From the NCBI GenBank assembly GCA_041671325.1, contig JBAZBR010000003.1, positions 4,506 through 68,505 on the forward strand: a DNA stretch of 64,000 nucleotides, in the 5' to 3' direction. Positions 8,803 through 20,117 of this stretch are shown here, one piece after another (position 1 is the stretch's first letter; each line of letters begins with the position of its first letter). This DNA is from Patescibacteria group bacterium (GTDB lineage: Bacteria > Patescibacteriota > Patescibacteriia > PEXW01). The notes under the pieces were generated by a model. That model worked only from the letters and a program-made list of their open reading frames with translations, had not been told where the DNA came from and made no database searches. Both the position numbers and the translations under genes were made by a program.

Positions 8803-10112
8803 AACTCGATGCCTCGGTCTTGAAAATCCCTGGCTTCCGCCGGCTCTGGGCTAGCCAAGTGGCGTCTTTGGCAGCTACAAATATTTTAACTTTTGCTTTT
8901 GTCTTGGCTGTTTATGCCCATTCCAAGTCAAACGCCGCGGTCGCTGTTTTAGTGGGCATGCAAAGCATTCCGCCAATTTTGTTTTCCTCGCTCGCTGGAG
9001 TTTTGGCGGACAGCTATGATCGCCGGCGGGTTTTGATTTTTGTCCATCTGACCCGGGCGGCCAGCGTGGTTTTGGCAATAATTTTTGCCAAGTGGACTTT
9101 AGGCGTGCTTCTGGCCGCCTTTATAATGCACACTCTTTCCCAGCTTTTTACGCCAGCCACTTCAGCCGCTATTCCCCAGGTGGTACCCAAGGAAAAGCTT
9201 TTTGCCGCAAATTCCTTTTTCACGCTTACCACTTACGCGCTTTTTTTAATTGGCTATGGTGCGGCCGCACCATTAATTGATCTTTTTGGCGATCGTTTGA
9301 CTTATGCAATCGGCTTGATGTTTTACCTCTTGGCTGTCTTGGTGGCTTATCGTTTGCCTGAATTGGCTGACCATTTGGCCAAGCTTAAAGAGCCTCGCTT
9401 GGCTTTAGCCAAGCACCTTCGTTTGGTCTGGGTTCGTTTTGTGGAAGGCGTGAAATATGTTCGCAAGGATGCCATAATCGGCGTGCTTTTATTGCAGGTT
9501 TCAATTCTGATTGCCGTAGAAAAATCATTTGCTTCACTCATGCCTTCTTTTGCTTTAGACTTTTTGGGTTTCCGTGTCCGTGATATTACTTTGGTATTTA
9601 TTATACCCACAGCTGTCGGTACTTTACTTGGAGTATTTTTGGCAAATAAATTAAAACACCGCATCCCGCTACATCGGCTGGTAACTTTTGGTATTACGCT
9701 GGATGCCCTGGCTTTGCTTCTGGCTATTGCTATCGTACCGCTCGCCCACTGGTTACCAGATTTGATTCCGGCTTTCAGTCCAAACGGAGTCAGGTTGGCC
9801 TTAGTCATTTTGCTTGCCGGGGCATCAGGCTTTGCTGACCCATTCATTTTGGTTTCGGCCCAAACAGTTTTACAGGATCGTACGCCTAATCACGAGCAAG
9901 GCCGGGTTTTTGGCTTGCAAAATACTGTCCAAAATCTGTTTGCTTTTGTACCAGTCATTGGCATTGGCGCCTTAAGCGGGATTATTGCTGTGCCCGCGGT
10001 TATTACTAGTTTGGGCGCGATTGTGGGGATTACCGCCATTGCTGGCGCGGTCTTTTTCCATAAACATCAGCTTACCACTGGGCAGATGGAAAGGCATAAA
10101 TTACCAGAATAA
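8799..10112 (+). CDS. MFS-type transporter
   Basis: 437 aa; ~12 hydrophobic segments; overlaps the trmD stop (ATGA). Confidence 0.75.
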   Translation: MKLDASVLKIPGFRRLWASQVASLAATNILTFAFVLAVYAHSKSNAAVAVLVGMQSIPPILFSSLAGVLADSYDRRRVLIFVHLTRAASVVLAIIFAKWTLGVLLAAFIMHTLSQLFTPATSAAIPQVVPKEKLFAANSFFTLTTYALFLIGYGAAAPLIDLFGDRLTYAIGLMFYLLAVLVAYRLPELADHLAKLKEPRLALAKHLRLVWVRFVEGVKYVRKDAIIGVLLLQVSILIAVEKSFASLMPSFALDFLGFRVRDITLVFIIPTAVGTLLGVFLANKLKHRIPLHRLVTFGITLDALALLLAIAIVPLAHWLPDLIPAFSPNGVRLALVILLAGASGFADPFILVSAQTVLQDRTPNHEQGRVFGLQNTVQNLFAFVPVIGIGALSGIIAVPAVITSLGAIVGITAIAGAVFFHKHQLTTGQMERHKLPE

Positions 10113-10116
10113 AATA

Positions 10117-10145
10117 ATCCGGCTAGCGTGAGGCGCTAGCCGGAT
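10117..10145. terminator. bidirectional hairpin terminator between convergent genes
   Basis: ATCCGGCTAGCG-TGAGG-CGCTAGCCGGAT, 12-bp stem. Confidence 0.5.
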
Positions 10146-10172
10146 AGACCAAATTACCATTTCATCTGATTA

Positions 10173-10715
10173 TCAAACCAGGTTATTTTTGAGTTGCTTC
10201 AGTTGTCCAATCACGACCAGTACACTCCCGATCCCAAGTGCGCCGACGACGTACGGTACGCCATCTTCGAGTCCTGGAAGGATCGCTTTTGCCGCCCATA
10301 GGTAGACTACTGTTGTTCCGAGTCCCAGGAGTATGTAAAAGAGCGACTTAATCCGTGTATACATATACGAGAGGATATACACCGATAGAGCAACTGACGG
10401 TTCCAGCCACTTCAGGCCAGAAACATACTGATCCTTGGTTGATATTCCAAGTGCGATGAGCACGAGCATTATGCCGATGTACCACCAGAACATACAGAAG
10501 ATCCCGATGATACAGGCTGCCGGCGTATTGCCTTCGCGGATACTGACGAAGAGCCCGATCGAATGGAAAATCGCCCCGAAAAGTAGGATCAGCAACCCAC
10601 CCGGATGCGGCGGTAAAGATTTGACCTGAAGTCCGATAAAGAGAAAACACAGGGAAATGATACTGAAAAGGACAAAAATTACCGTGTTTAAAGGTTTTTG
10701 CATTGGTCCTCCCAA
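10173..10715 (-). CDS. hypothetical integral membrane protein
   Basis: 180 aa, 5-6 hydrophobic segments; GC-richer than its flanks. Confidence 0.5.
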   Translation of the reverse strand: MGGPMQKPLNTVIFVLFSIISLCFLFIGLQVKSLPPHPGGLLILLFGAIFHSIGLFVSIREGNTPAACIIGIFCMFWWYIGIMLVLIALGISTKDQYVSGLKWLEPSVALSVYILSYMYTRIKSLFYILLGLGTTVVYLWAAKAILPGLEDGVPYVVGALGIGSVLVVIGQLKQLKNNLV

Positions 10716-11389
10716 ACTATTTTAGATTTTGTTTCAGTGTGTTTTGTGAATATTTTAATTAGAGATAAACCTATCATGGTATAATAGAAAACGTCAATAT
10801 CAAACGTTGATCCAGGAGTCATGGTTGGCATGAATAATTGTGGGCTTATTTTCACCGATATCCATTATAGATTGATTTACCTACCCGGACTTGACAGGCT
10901 TCAGGATCTTAGTTATGATGTTAGAGCCGATAATTTATAGTTCTTGTACCGTAAATTCGGCAGAATAAACCTTATTTTATGTAAAGCTTTAGAAAACTGA
11001 CAATTCAGGTTTTTAAAGAGGAAAAGACAGTGATGCCTATGAAAAGGCCTCCCTGTTTTTCTTTAGCCCTCCGAAGCCGGGCGAAGGAGGGTTTGGAAAG
11101 GTTAACTCGAAAGATCGTTGACAACTAAAGAGTGGTAAGATGAACTCTAAGGTGAAAGCAATTTCGCTTTAGAGCAAATAGAACGTCAATTTCAATAAAT
11201 CTTTTTCTTGGATTTTTTAAATCCAAGGCAGTTTTTTAAAAAGTTTTCTGCGATAAACTTTGTTGAGAGCCAATGCTTTCAAACTTATTTGAGAGTTTTC
11301 CGGCATAGCCGGACCCGGCTTTGCCGGGGATCCTACCCAGCTTTTTCTTAATTGACAAAGTTGGTTTAAAGATTTAATTCTTAAAGATT

Positions 11390-12970
<1,581 letters not shown>

Positions 12971-13235
12971 CTAGGGAGATACGGTGTCGTCCCACCAAAT
13001 GGTGGGACACATTATAGTCGTGCTGTCAGTTTAGATTGCCTTCGGGGCAATATAAACTGACAACTATTGCCTCGTGAAACGAGGTATTGATAAGTTCTAT
13101 TTTATTTCTCTTACCACTCTTGAGTTGTTAACATGATGACATCCCGCATAAACAATAGGGCCGGCTGCCTGCGGGATGGCACCTCGCATTTAGCTATTGT
13201 TTCGATAATAAAGATTTACAAATTGCGGGGGCCAA

Positions 13236-13267
13236 AGGGCTGGCCTATGACGGCCAGTCTTTTTTTG
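13236..13267 (+). terminator. candidate terminator downstream of 16S
   Basis: CTGGCC-TATGAC-GGCCAG followed by TCTTTTTTT. Confidence 0.45.
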
Positions 13268-13370
13268 ATAAGTTATTAATACTTGGTTTTTAAGGGCGAC
13301 TAGCTCCCCGTATCACTCCCTTCGGTCGGATACGGGGCAGTCAGATGGTTTGCGATAAGCCCCTGCGGTG

Positions 13371-13459
13371 GGCGACTAGCTCAGATGGTTAGAGCGTTCA
13401 CCCCGTACCAAAGGGGGCATGTAGCTCAGATGGTTAGAGCGTTCACCCCGTACCAAAGG
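13371..13459 (+). repeat. two tandem 44-nt copies of a truncated tRNA-Ile 5' half plus linker (..GTAGCTCAGATGGTTAGAGCG TTCACCCCGTACCAAAGGG)
   Basis: direct repeats immediately 5' of the intact tRNA-Ile; weaker degenerate copies at 13301-13370. Confidence 0.6.
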
Positions 13460-13536
13460 GGGCATGTAGCTCAGATGGTTAGAGCGCGTCACTGATAATG
13501 ACGAGGTCCCTGGTTCGACTCCAGGCATGCCCACCA
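13460..13536 (+). tRNA. tRNA-Ile (anticodon GAT)
   Basis: manual cloverleaf: acceptor GGGCATG/CATGCCC, anticodon loop CTGATAA, T-loop TTCGACT, encoded CCA. Confidence 0.85.
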
Positions 13537-13786
13537 TTGCCCCTTTTGGTACGGGGCGGAGCTGATAATGACCTGCCTGCGCGAAGCCGCTTCGGCAAAG
13601 GCAGGCGAGGTCTCAGGTTTCCGGCATAGCCGGACCCGGCTCTGCCGGGCGATTCCTGAGTCGCCCACCACGCGTCATCGCTTGCTTCACCTTCCGCATA
13701 ACCAAGGTTTTGGTTCTGCTCCAGGTTCCGCAAGCGTGCCGCTTTACCCATTTCATCAAAGATGAAATGGGGACCCCCTGGTTTAT

Positions 13787-13863
13787 GGGTTCGTAGCTCA
13801 GTTGGTTAGAGCGCCACATTGACATTGTGGAGGTCAGAGGTTCAACTCCTCTCGGACCCACCA
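13787..13863 (+). tRNA. tRNA-Val (anticodon GAC)
   Basis: acceptor GGGTTCG/CGGACCC, anticodon loop TTGACAT, T-loop TTCAACT, CCA. Confidence 0.85.
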
Positions 13864-14074
13864 GTTCGTTTCGTGCTTCGCCCTGCGTGAGCACGCTAAC
13901 GCTTGCTCACTCCGGACTCCGCACGAAGCCTCGCTTTCCCGACAAATCCGTACTCGCTTCGCTGCGTTCCTGATTTGTCGGGGTTTATTCCGCAAGTGTG
14001 CCGCTTTCCCCACGCGCCAGTTCCGCCGCGTGGGGCCCTCAATTTTGCAATTTTAAAACTCAGTTCACTTTGGG

Positions 14075-14149
14075 GCCGAGTTAGCTCAGTGGTAGAGCGC
14101 AGCCCTGAAGAGGCTGGCGTCGTCAGTTCGATTCTGACACTCGGCACCA
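14075..14149 (+). tRNA. tRNA-Phe (anticodon GAA)
   Basis: acceptor GCCGAGT/ACTCGGC, anticodon loop CTGAAGA, T-loop TTCGATT, CCA; flanked by inverted repeat CAGTTCACTTTGG / CCAAAGTGAACTG. Confidence 0.85.
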
Positions 14150-14192
14150 AAGTGAACTGAGAAGAGGGCTTTCAATTATTAAAAACTTCTAA

Positions 14193-14269
14193 CGGGGTGT
14201 AGTTCAGTTGGCTAGAACGCTCGCTTTGGGAGCGAGAGGTCCGCGGTTCGAGTCCGCGCACCCCGACCA
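14193..14269 (+). tRNA. tRNA-Pro (anticodon TGG)
   Basis: acceptor CGGGGTG/CACCCCG, anticodon loop TTTGGGA, T-loop TTCGAGT, CCA. Confidence 0.8.
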
Positions 14270-14520
14270 GCTCGTTTCACGCTGCGAGCTCTGTTTTGCC
14301 GTAAACGGCAAAAGCGCCGCTCTACGCGTGAAGCCTCGCTTTCCCCATTTCATCTTTGATGAAATGGGGACCCCCAAGTTGGTTTCCACAAGCACGCCGT
14401 TTTCCCCACGCGCCAGTTCCGCCGCGTGGGGCGAATTGATTTTGCATTAAAAATTTTGGGACCCCAGGAAAATTTAAACAAACAAAAAAGCCGTGCAATG
14501 AAGACGACTTTTTTAAATAA

Positions 14521-14736
14521 CTAGACAATGGCAAGTGCTTTTGGCCTGGTGTCTACCCAACAGACGGGGCAGAAGTAACCATCAACAAAGGCATACATAA
14601 AAACGTCAGAAACAGTGAAAACGTAGCCACACGCATCACATGAATGGTTGGTTTTTGTATTTGGTTCAGCCATTTTTGAACGAAACTCCTTTTGGTATTT
14701 TTGTGTTAATTTTTCGAGCGTAAATCTTAACAGCAT
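14521..14736 (-). CDS. hypothetical small zinc-ribbon protein
   Basis: 71 aa with CDACG ... CPVCW cysteine pairs. Confidence 0.3.
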   Translation of the reverse strand: MLLRFTLEKLTQKYQKEFRSKMAEPNTKTNHSCDACGYVFTVSDVFMYAFVDGYFCPVCWVDTRPKALAIV

Positions 14737-14853
14737 CTTGCAAAGATGTCAAGCCTTGATTTTGGATTGGGTATACCCTGCCTGATGGAACAAGGATAAA
14801 GTGAAATTACTCGCTTTAACCTTATGTCTCATATGATCGCCCTCTTAAAATAA

Positions 14854-15624
14854 ATACCTTCAGAAGCTAAGATCAGAAAAACTTTAAGGCAAATTATCTT
14901 CGGACACAATCTCTGCTGTCCTCATTGTCACTCCAGACAAGTTTATTCTTCAGAAGACCGTTATCGTTGTCGAAAATGTCGCAAGCCTTTTAGCCTATTA
15001 TCCAATACCTGGCTTAAAGACATGAAACTTTCCCTTAGAACCTTTTGGGCGCTATTATGGTGCTGGACTCAAAAAATACCCGTTTTACAGACTCAGAAGC
15101 TCTGTCATATCCAAGAAGAATCGGTTAGATATTGGTTTAGGCAATTTAGACTACATTTACCCCAATTTGAGCCAATTTTGAACGGTCATATCCAAATGGA
15201 CGAAGCCTACTTTAAAAATTTAGCCCTGCTTATGGCTAAACAGGAGAGTAGTCGAAACCTAGCCCATCAAGTCATCTTCAAGAAGTCCGTGGACAAACGC
15301 GATGCTACCGAATTCCTGTTCCAACACGTTGAGCCTAAAAGCTATTTGCAAACTGATGGCTCTGGTATCTATCAAAACATTAACCAATGGTGGCAGGTTA
15401 AGCACAAACAGGATATTCACAAGAGATGGGAATTTGAATTAACCAGTGAAATTGAAGGGATGTTTGGCAACTTACGGACTTTTATTAGAAGAATGTATCA
15501 CCATGCCACTTCGATTTACCTGCCAGAATACGTAAGTGAATTTTGCTTCAGATTTTCCTCACCTGAAATCTTCATTTCACCCAATAGTTACTTAGCTAAA
15601 ACCCTTGTCGCTTGTTCCAACTGA
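14854..15624 (+). mobile_element. IS1595-family (ISXO2-like) transposase gene; no ATG at the 5' end of the conserved N-terminus
   Basis: in-frame upstream translation gives zinc ribbon CCPHCHSRQ ... RYRCRKCRKPFS typical of IS1595 N-termini; DDE-like core QMDEAYF / QTDGSGIY / E in EIEGMFGNL; in-frame TAA at 14851-14853 and no ATG before annotated M at 15022. Confidence 0.65.
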
Positions 15625-15722
15625 TATGGATTACCCATTACGGTACCCTTGACAATTTGATAAAAATTTGCTAGATTAATCGGAAAACAAAAAACGAAGA
15701 AATTGAAAAGAAAGGAGGCTGT

Positions 15723-16763
15723 ATGGCGTGGATTTTCTGGGTGGTAATAATCACCCTGATAACCTCGGCCATTGGCCGATTTTTCCTTAATAGCTCGGAA
15801 GTCAATTTTATCTCCTCGGCCATTAGCCTGATTTTTATCAGCAAGCTTTTAGGCGAGGCGACACAACATTTGGCCAGGTACCTTGGTCAAAAAAAGGCGG
15901 GGTTATTGAATGTGACTCTGAGCAACTTACCGGAAATTATTATCATCTATGCTGCCATTCGGGCAAACCAAATCGAATTAGTCCAGGGTGGTATTGTTGG
16001 TTCTATTATTGGTAATTTGCTTTTGGTTTTGGGCTTCTCGATCATTTTAGGCTGCAAAAAAAATGGGACAATGAAGTTTCAAGCTTCTACCGGTACCTAT
16101 TTTATAACCCAGCTCATGGTGGTTGGCGTAACCCTGTTATTGCCAAGCCTATTTGCCAACAGGATCCCAGTCGGGAACCAACAGATTTTCAGCAACTTGC
16201 TTTCTTATGTCCTGATCGTAGTTTATCTCTGCTATTTCTTATTCTTTCTGGATAAAGAAAGAATGGGGGTAGTGAATGAACAAGCTGAAAAAATGGATGG
16301 AACCTGGAGTAAAAAGGCTTCGCTGGCGACTTTAATCATAATGACCGCAGCTGCTTATTGGCAAAGTGAAAATCTGGTGATGGAAGTTGAAGCGGTTTCT
16401 CAAAGCTTGAATATTTCCAAAGCCATGATTGGTTTCATCATCCTGCCGGTGTTAGGTAATATTGCTGAACATGTTTCAGCAATAATGTCAGCCAGGAAAG
16501 GTTTGATTGAACTATCGCTGGCCATTTCAGTGGGTAGCGCGTCACAAGTCGGGATGATTGTTGCCCCTCTGGCAGTTATCCTTGGAACTTTGACTGGAAA
16601 TCCCATTACCTTAAATTTCGCTGGGTTACCCTTTGGTCTTTTGGCGATTTCTCTAGTCGCCACTTACATTGTCTTGAGAGATAACAAGTGGAACATGATC
16701 GAAGGCATTATGTTGATTGTTCTGTACTTCAATATGACACTAGCCTTTTTCTTTGCTCAATAA
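15723..16763 (+). CDS. Ca2+/cation:H+ antiporter (CaCA family, ChaA-like)
   Basis: two alpha-repeat motifs GNLPEIII and GNIAEHVSA; ~10 TM segments; RBS AAAGGAGG. Confidence 0.75.
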   Translation: MAWIFWVVIITLITSAIGRFFLNSSEVNFISSAISLIFISKLLGEATQHLARYLGQKKAGLLNVTLSNLPEIIIIYAAIRANQIELVQGGIVGSIIGNLLLVLGFSIILGCKKNGTMKFQASTGTYFITQLMVVGVTLLLPSLFANRIPVGNQQIFSNLLSYVLIVVYLCYFLFFLDKERMGVVNEQAEKMDGTWSKKASLATLIIMTAAAYWQSENLVMEVEAVSQSLNISKAMIGFIILPVLGNIAEHVSAIMSARKGLIELSLAISVGSASQVGMIVAPLAVILGTLTGNPITLNFAGLPFGLLAISLVATYIVLRDNKWNMIEGIMLIVLYFNMTLAFFFAQ

Positions 16764-16823
16764 CAATACCCCCTTACCATATAGATGGTAAGGGGGTGAT
16801 TTTTAAATTAAATTAATTTAATA

Positions 16824-17840
16824 TTATTTCCCAAACGAAGTTATTATTGAATAAATTGGATATAAGCCTAAAAGGACAAAAATACCAATGTAAACAAACA
16901 TTAATTTTTTACCTTTTTCACCAACTTCTGGATCAATTCCAATTGGCCTGATAGCGGCTAGGTCGTCATATAATATGCTAGTGTATGAGGCCAGGTATAA
17001 TGGCCAAATGGTCATGAAAATTGCCGTTATGCCCATAATAAAGATTGTTGGGCCAATAGGATTACTCATGCTGACGACAAAAATAACAATCATAAGAATA
17101 ATGAGCGGTATGCCCAGGGCCAACATAAATAGGCCCAGCATTAACATGGCTCCAAAAATATTTCCCCGAAATCCCCTGGCAATGATATAGCACCGCTTGA
17201 GCGCTTCAAGACCGCCAAGACCTTCCTTGGCCACAACATAAGGCATAAGCGTAAAAGCCAGCAGCATGAGTATGCCCGGGATGGCAAAGAGGATTAAGCC
17301 GCCATAAGCAACGAACAAAGAAAGAATAGTCGCGCCAATAAATGGCAAAGCTAAGCCGCCCAACCTTGATAAAGCGCTTGAATGATCAAGCTCGTTGGAG
17401 GTTAAGAATATCGCGGTAATTAAAGACAAGAGCTGGCTGACTATTACAGAAACAAAAGTGATGATTAATGACATCCAAATTATGCCCTGGCTTGTCCCCC
17501 AACTGGAAACAAAAGCACCGCCAATGCTGATTACTAGGCCAATAATGGCATAAGGCAAATAATGGATCCAGATGGTTTTTGTTTTCCCCCAAGCCCGGCT
17601 AAAAATGTGCTTGCCGATAGTATAATTTTTTGGCGAATATTCGACATTCGCAGAAACCACATGACCAGACTGATTAGGTGTAGCAGCAGACTTATTCGGT
17701 TGTGAAACAGGCACTGATTTGATGGCTTGATTTACATCAGCTTCTTGCCAGCCTTGGGCTAATAATTGCTGGCGGATTTCCTGTTCAGCCAGGCCAGATG
17801 AACGCGCATTGTAAACCCAATTTAGTAGATTTTGGTCCAT
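16824..17840 (-). CDS. membrane protein with N-terminal soluble helical domain (paralogous N-domain to the next gene)
   Basis: N-term NWVYNARSSGLAEQEIRQQLLAQGW resembles NWLVSVRQAGLSNEQIQAELLKSGW of ORF 17851-19530; then ~8 TM segments. Confidence 0.5.
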   Translation of the reverse strand: MDQNLLNWVYNARSSGLAEQEIRQQLLAQGWQEADVNQAIKSVPVSQPNKSAATPNQSGHVVSANVEYSPKNYTIGKHIFSRAWGKTKTIWIHYLPYAIIGLVISIGGAFVSSWGTSQGIIWMSLIITFVSVIVSQLLSLITAIFLTSNELDHSSALSRLGGLALPFIGATILSLFVAYGGLILFAIPGILMLLAFTLMPYVVAKEGLGGLEALKRCYIIARGFRGNIFGAMLMLGLFMLALGIPLIILMIVIFVVSMSNPIGPTIFIMGITAIFMTIWPLYLASYTSILYDDLAAIRPIGIDPEVGEKGKKLMFVYIGIFVLLGLYPIYSIITSFGK

Positions 17841-17850
17841 ATAAATATAC

Positions 17851-19530
17851 TTAAGGTTGAGTTGGCGTTGTGGATGTAATTGGTCCTAATTTATTTAAAC
17901 AATAGTTAAGGCTACTATTTTCTTCATTTTCTAATGTTGCACAAACTGTATAATTGGTTTTGTCTGCATTGAGTATATATATATATTTTTCTTCAGCAGT
18001 CGGTGGCGTCGGGAGCTTACTCATGAATCTATTCTTGTCATTAGCCAGCTCATCTAAAGCCGCTGGATATTTTGAATATTCATCAAAATATAAAGCTAAA
18101 CCAGTCCGGATTTGACCAACATCTGATTTTCTCTGGGCATCCCTGGCTTTTGATCGCGGGCCTTCTAGCAGAGGTGCAATGATTTCTTCAATCGGTTTGG
18201 CATTTTGGGGAATATCAACGGTTGGCTGCTCGTTAATATGGTCTAAGGCCAGGCTAAGAGTTATTCGAAATTGTTTTTCCCTAATATCATTGGAAGGATT
18301 TATAGGCACCACAACCAGAGATAATTCTATTTTTCTTGGACTTGAATCTGATTTATTTAACCAAAGATTTAAACTTATTTCTTTTACATAATCACTGGCC
18401 ACCCATTCCTCGGAAGTTAAAGGTGTATTTAATTCATTTAGTAAATTTTCGATTTGTATTACGCTAACCTTTCTGTTGCTTGCATCAGCACGGTAGGTTC
18501 GTACCATTTCTGAAAAATTGTCTCGTTTGATTAAAATGTTTATTCTTTGGGTATCTTGGCCGTTAATTTTTTCTGTACCAACCTTCTTTAGGGCTAGAGC
18601 TTTTGTTTTAATTGCATGTTTTGCCAGAATACCGATTTCAGTTTTAAGTTTTTCAGTTTCTTGCTGATTTGGCAGGCCCTTGGTTGTATCTTCCAAATTC
18701 AAACCGTAATTTTGTTCTGCATTTGTGGCATCAAGCGAAAACCATTGGCCTTTGAATGCACTTAAATCAACAAATGGAACCGCTGGAATTTGGCGGAGAA
18801 TTAAGTAAAGTTTCTTCTGGGTGTACCTTAATTCTGAATCTAAAGAATATTTTTGCCCATTACCCGTATAAGAACCAGACAGCGTCATGATTCCAGAACC
18901 ATCATCTAGCAGGTTTTTAGCATCAGTAATTTGATTGCTTTTGGCAGAAAGTGTTAACCGTCCATCAATAAGCAGGTCGGGCGGTAGATTGTTAAACGTG
19001 TTCAAAGAAAATCCAGACTTAGAATTTAGATTATGCATTTTTTCCGATGGAAGACTTTGATACCGCGGGTCTTTTGCTTCTGCCGCAACCCGAAAATTAA
19101 CACCTACTTCAGCATTTTGGATATTACCAAACCCCTTGATTGCCTGGTTTAGGATTTTTTCTGAGTTATTGCCTATGAAAGGGATAGGAATATAACCTTT
19201 CCAACCAGCAAATGCCACACCACCAAGAATTAAAGTTCCTACAATCACAGATAAAACCACCACTAAAGTTTTATGGCTGGTTTTGGGTTTTGTTCCGCTT
19301 GGACTAAAACCCTTTTGAGCGCCCTTGGCTAGATCCACAATATTTTCTGGCAGGGTTTGGCTGGCCTGGATTTCCTTTTGGACTGCTTCTCGGGGAGTTT
19401 GCAAGAGGTTTTGGACTTGCTCAAGGGTCCAGCCGCTTTTCAGCAATTCTGCCTGGATTTGTTCATTAGAAAGACCAGCTTGCCTGACCGAGACAAGCCA
19501 ATTTTGGATTTGGTTATTAGGATCCTCCAT
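17851..19530 (-). CDS. large membrane-anchored hypothetical protein with pilin-like SKARDAQRKSD motif near the C-terminus
   Basis: 559 aa; single TM after N-domain; C-terminal PRSKARDAQRKSDVGQIRTGLALYFDEYSKYP resembles the segment after the N-terminal helix of prepilin-type proteins. Confidence 0.5.
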   Translation of the reverse strand: MEDPNNQIQNWLVSVRQAGLSNEQIQAELLKSGWTLEQVQNLLQTPREAVQKEIQASQTLPENIVDLAKGAQKGFSPSGTKPKTSHKTLVVVLSVIVGTLILGGVAFAGWKGYIPIPFIGNNSEKILNQAIKGFGNIQNAEVGVNFRVAAEAKDPRYQSLPSEKMHNLNSKSGFSLNTFNNLPPDLLIDGRLTLSAKSNQITDAKNLLDDGSGIMTLSGSYTGNGQKYSLDSELRYTQKKLYLILRQIPAVPFVDLSAFKGQWFSLDATNAEQNYGLNLEDTTKGLPNQQETEKLKTEIGILAKHAIKTKALALKKVGTEKINGQDTQRINILIKRDNFSEMVRTYRADASNRKVSVIQIENLLNELNTPLTSEEWVASDYVKEISLNLWLNKSDSSPRKIELSLVVVPINPSNDIREKQFRITLSLALDHINEQPTVDIPQNAKPIEEIIAPLLEGPRSKARDAQRKSDVGQIRTGLALYFDEYSKYPAALDELANDKNRFMSKLPTPPTAEEKYIYILNADKTNYTVCATLENEENSSLNYCLNKLGPITSTTPTQP

Positions 19531-19663
19531 ATGATTTTTATTTTAATTTTATACCTATATCTTACCAGAAAAAGCAGTTTTAGTCAAGGAAAACACTTAT
19601 GAGCCTTGTCTTTTTCAAACTAATTGCTATATTTATGCCGATTTCTCATTAATTATTAAGCAT

Positions 19664-20116
19664 ATGGCAGAAGCAAGAAAACTTTATCGTTCGCGCAAAA
19701 ACCGCATGATTGGCGGGGTTTGCGGGGGCTTGGGCGAATATTTCAACATTGACCCCATAATTTTCCGGGCGCTTTTTGTGCTTTTTACCTTGGCTGACGG
19801 GGCAGGCATTTTGGTTTATATAGTCATGATGTTTATTGTCCCAGACGAAAACAAGGTTGAAGGCTTGGGCAAAGTCGGTTCAGTTGGGGGCGTAGTTGAT
19901 GAGATTAAAGAGGGCGCACAAAATATGGCCAGGGATTTTAAAGAGAATCCTCGCTGGATGGACAATCGCCGCAATTGGATTGGCTTGATTGTGGTGGCCA
20001 TCGGCTTGCTGATTTTGATTCAGCAAATCGTGCCCATGCATTGGTTCAGGTGGGATTTCGTCTGGCCAATCTTGATAGTGATTGTCGGTTTATTCCTAAT
20101 CTTAAAACGCAAATAA
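19664..20116 (+). CDS. PspC-domain protein
   Basis: MIGGVCGGLGEYFNIDPIIFRALFVLFTL is the PspC domain signature. Confidence 0.75.
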   Translation: MAEARKLYRSRKNRMIGGVCGGLGEYFNIDPIIFRALFVLFTLADGAGILVYIVMMFIVPDENKVEGLGKVGSVGGVVDEIKEGAQNMARDFKENPRWMDNRRNWIGLIVVAIGLLILIQQIVPMHWFRWDFVWPILIVIVGLFLILKRK

Positions 20117-20117
20117 T

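Noticed and set aside
13371-13536. Repeated units near tRNA-Ile considered as a possible CRISPR array
   Set aside because: The repeats are tRNA-derived with 44-nt periodicity and no spacer-like unique segments, and there are no cas genes nearby, so this is not CRISPR.
12971-14520. Looked for a 23S or 5S rRNA downstream of the 16S
   Set aside because: No 23S/5S signature sequences were found. The region holds only tRNAs and hairpin repeats, then protein-coding genes.
13479-14534. ORFs of 60-93 aa overlapping the tRNA cluster
   Set aside because: They overlap tRNA genes and GC-rich hairpin repeats, with no RBS or motifs, so I treat them as artefacts.
14740-15720. Searched for terminal inverted repeats delimiting the IS1595-like element
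   Set aside because: Only weak or ambiguous matches (GGATTGGGTATACC versus GGATTACCCATTACGGTACC). Boundaries cannot be assigned from sequence inspection alone.
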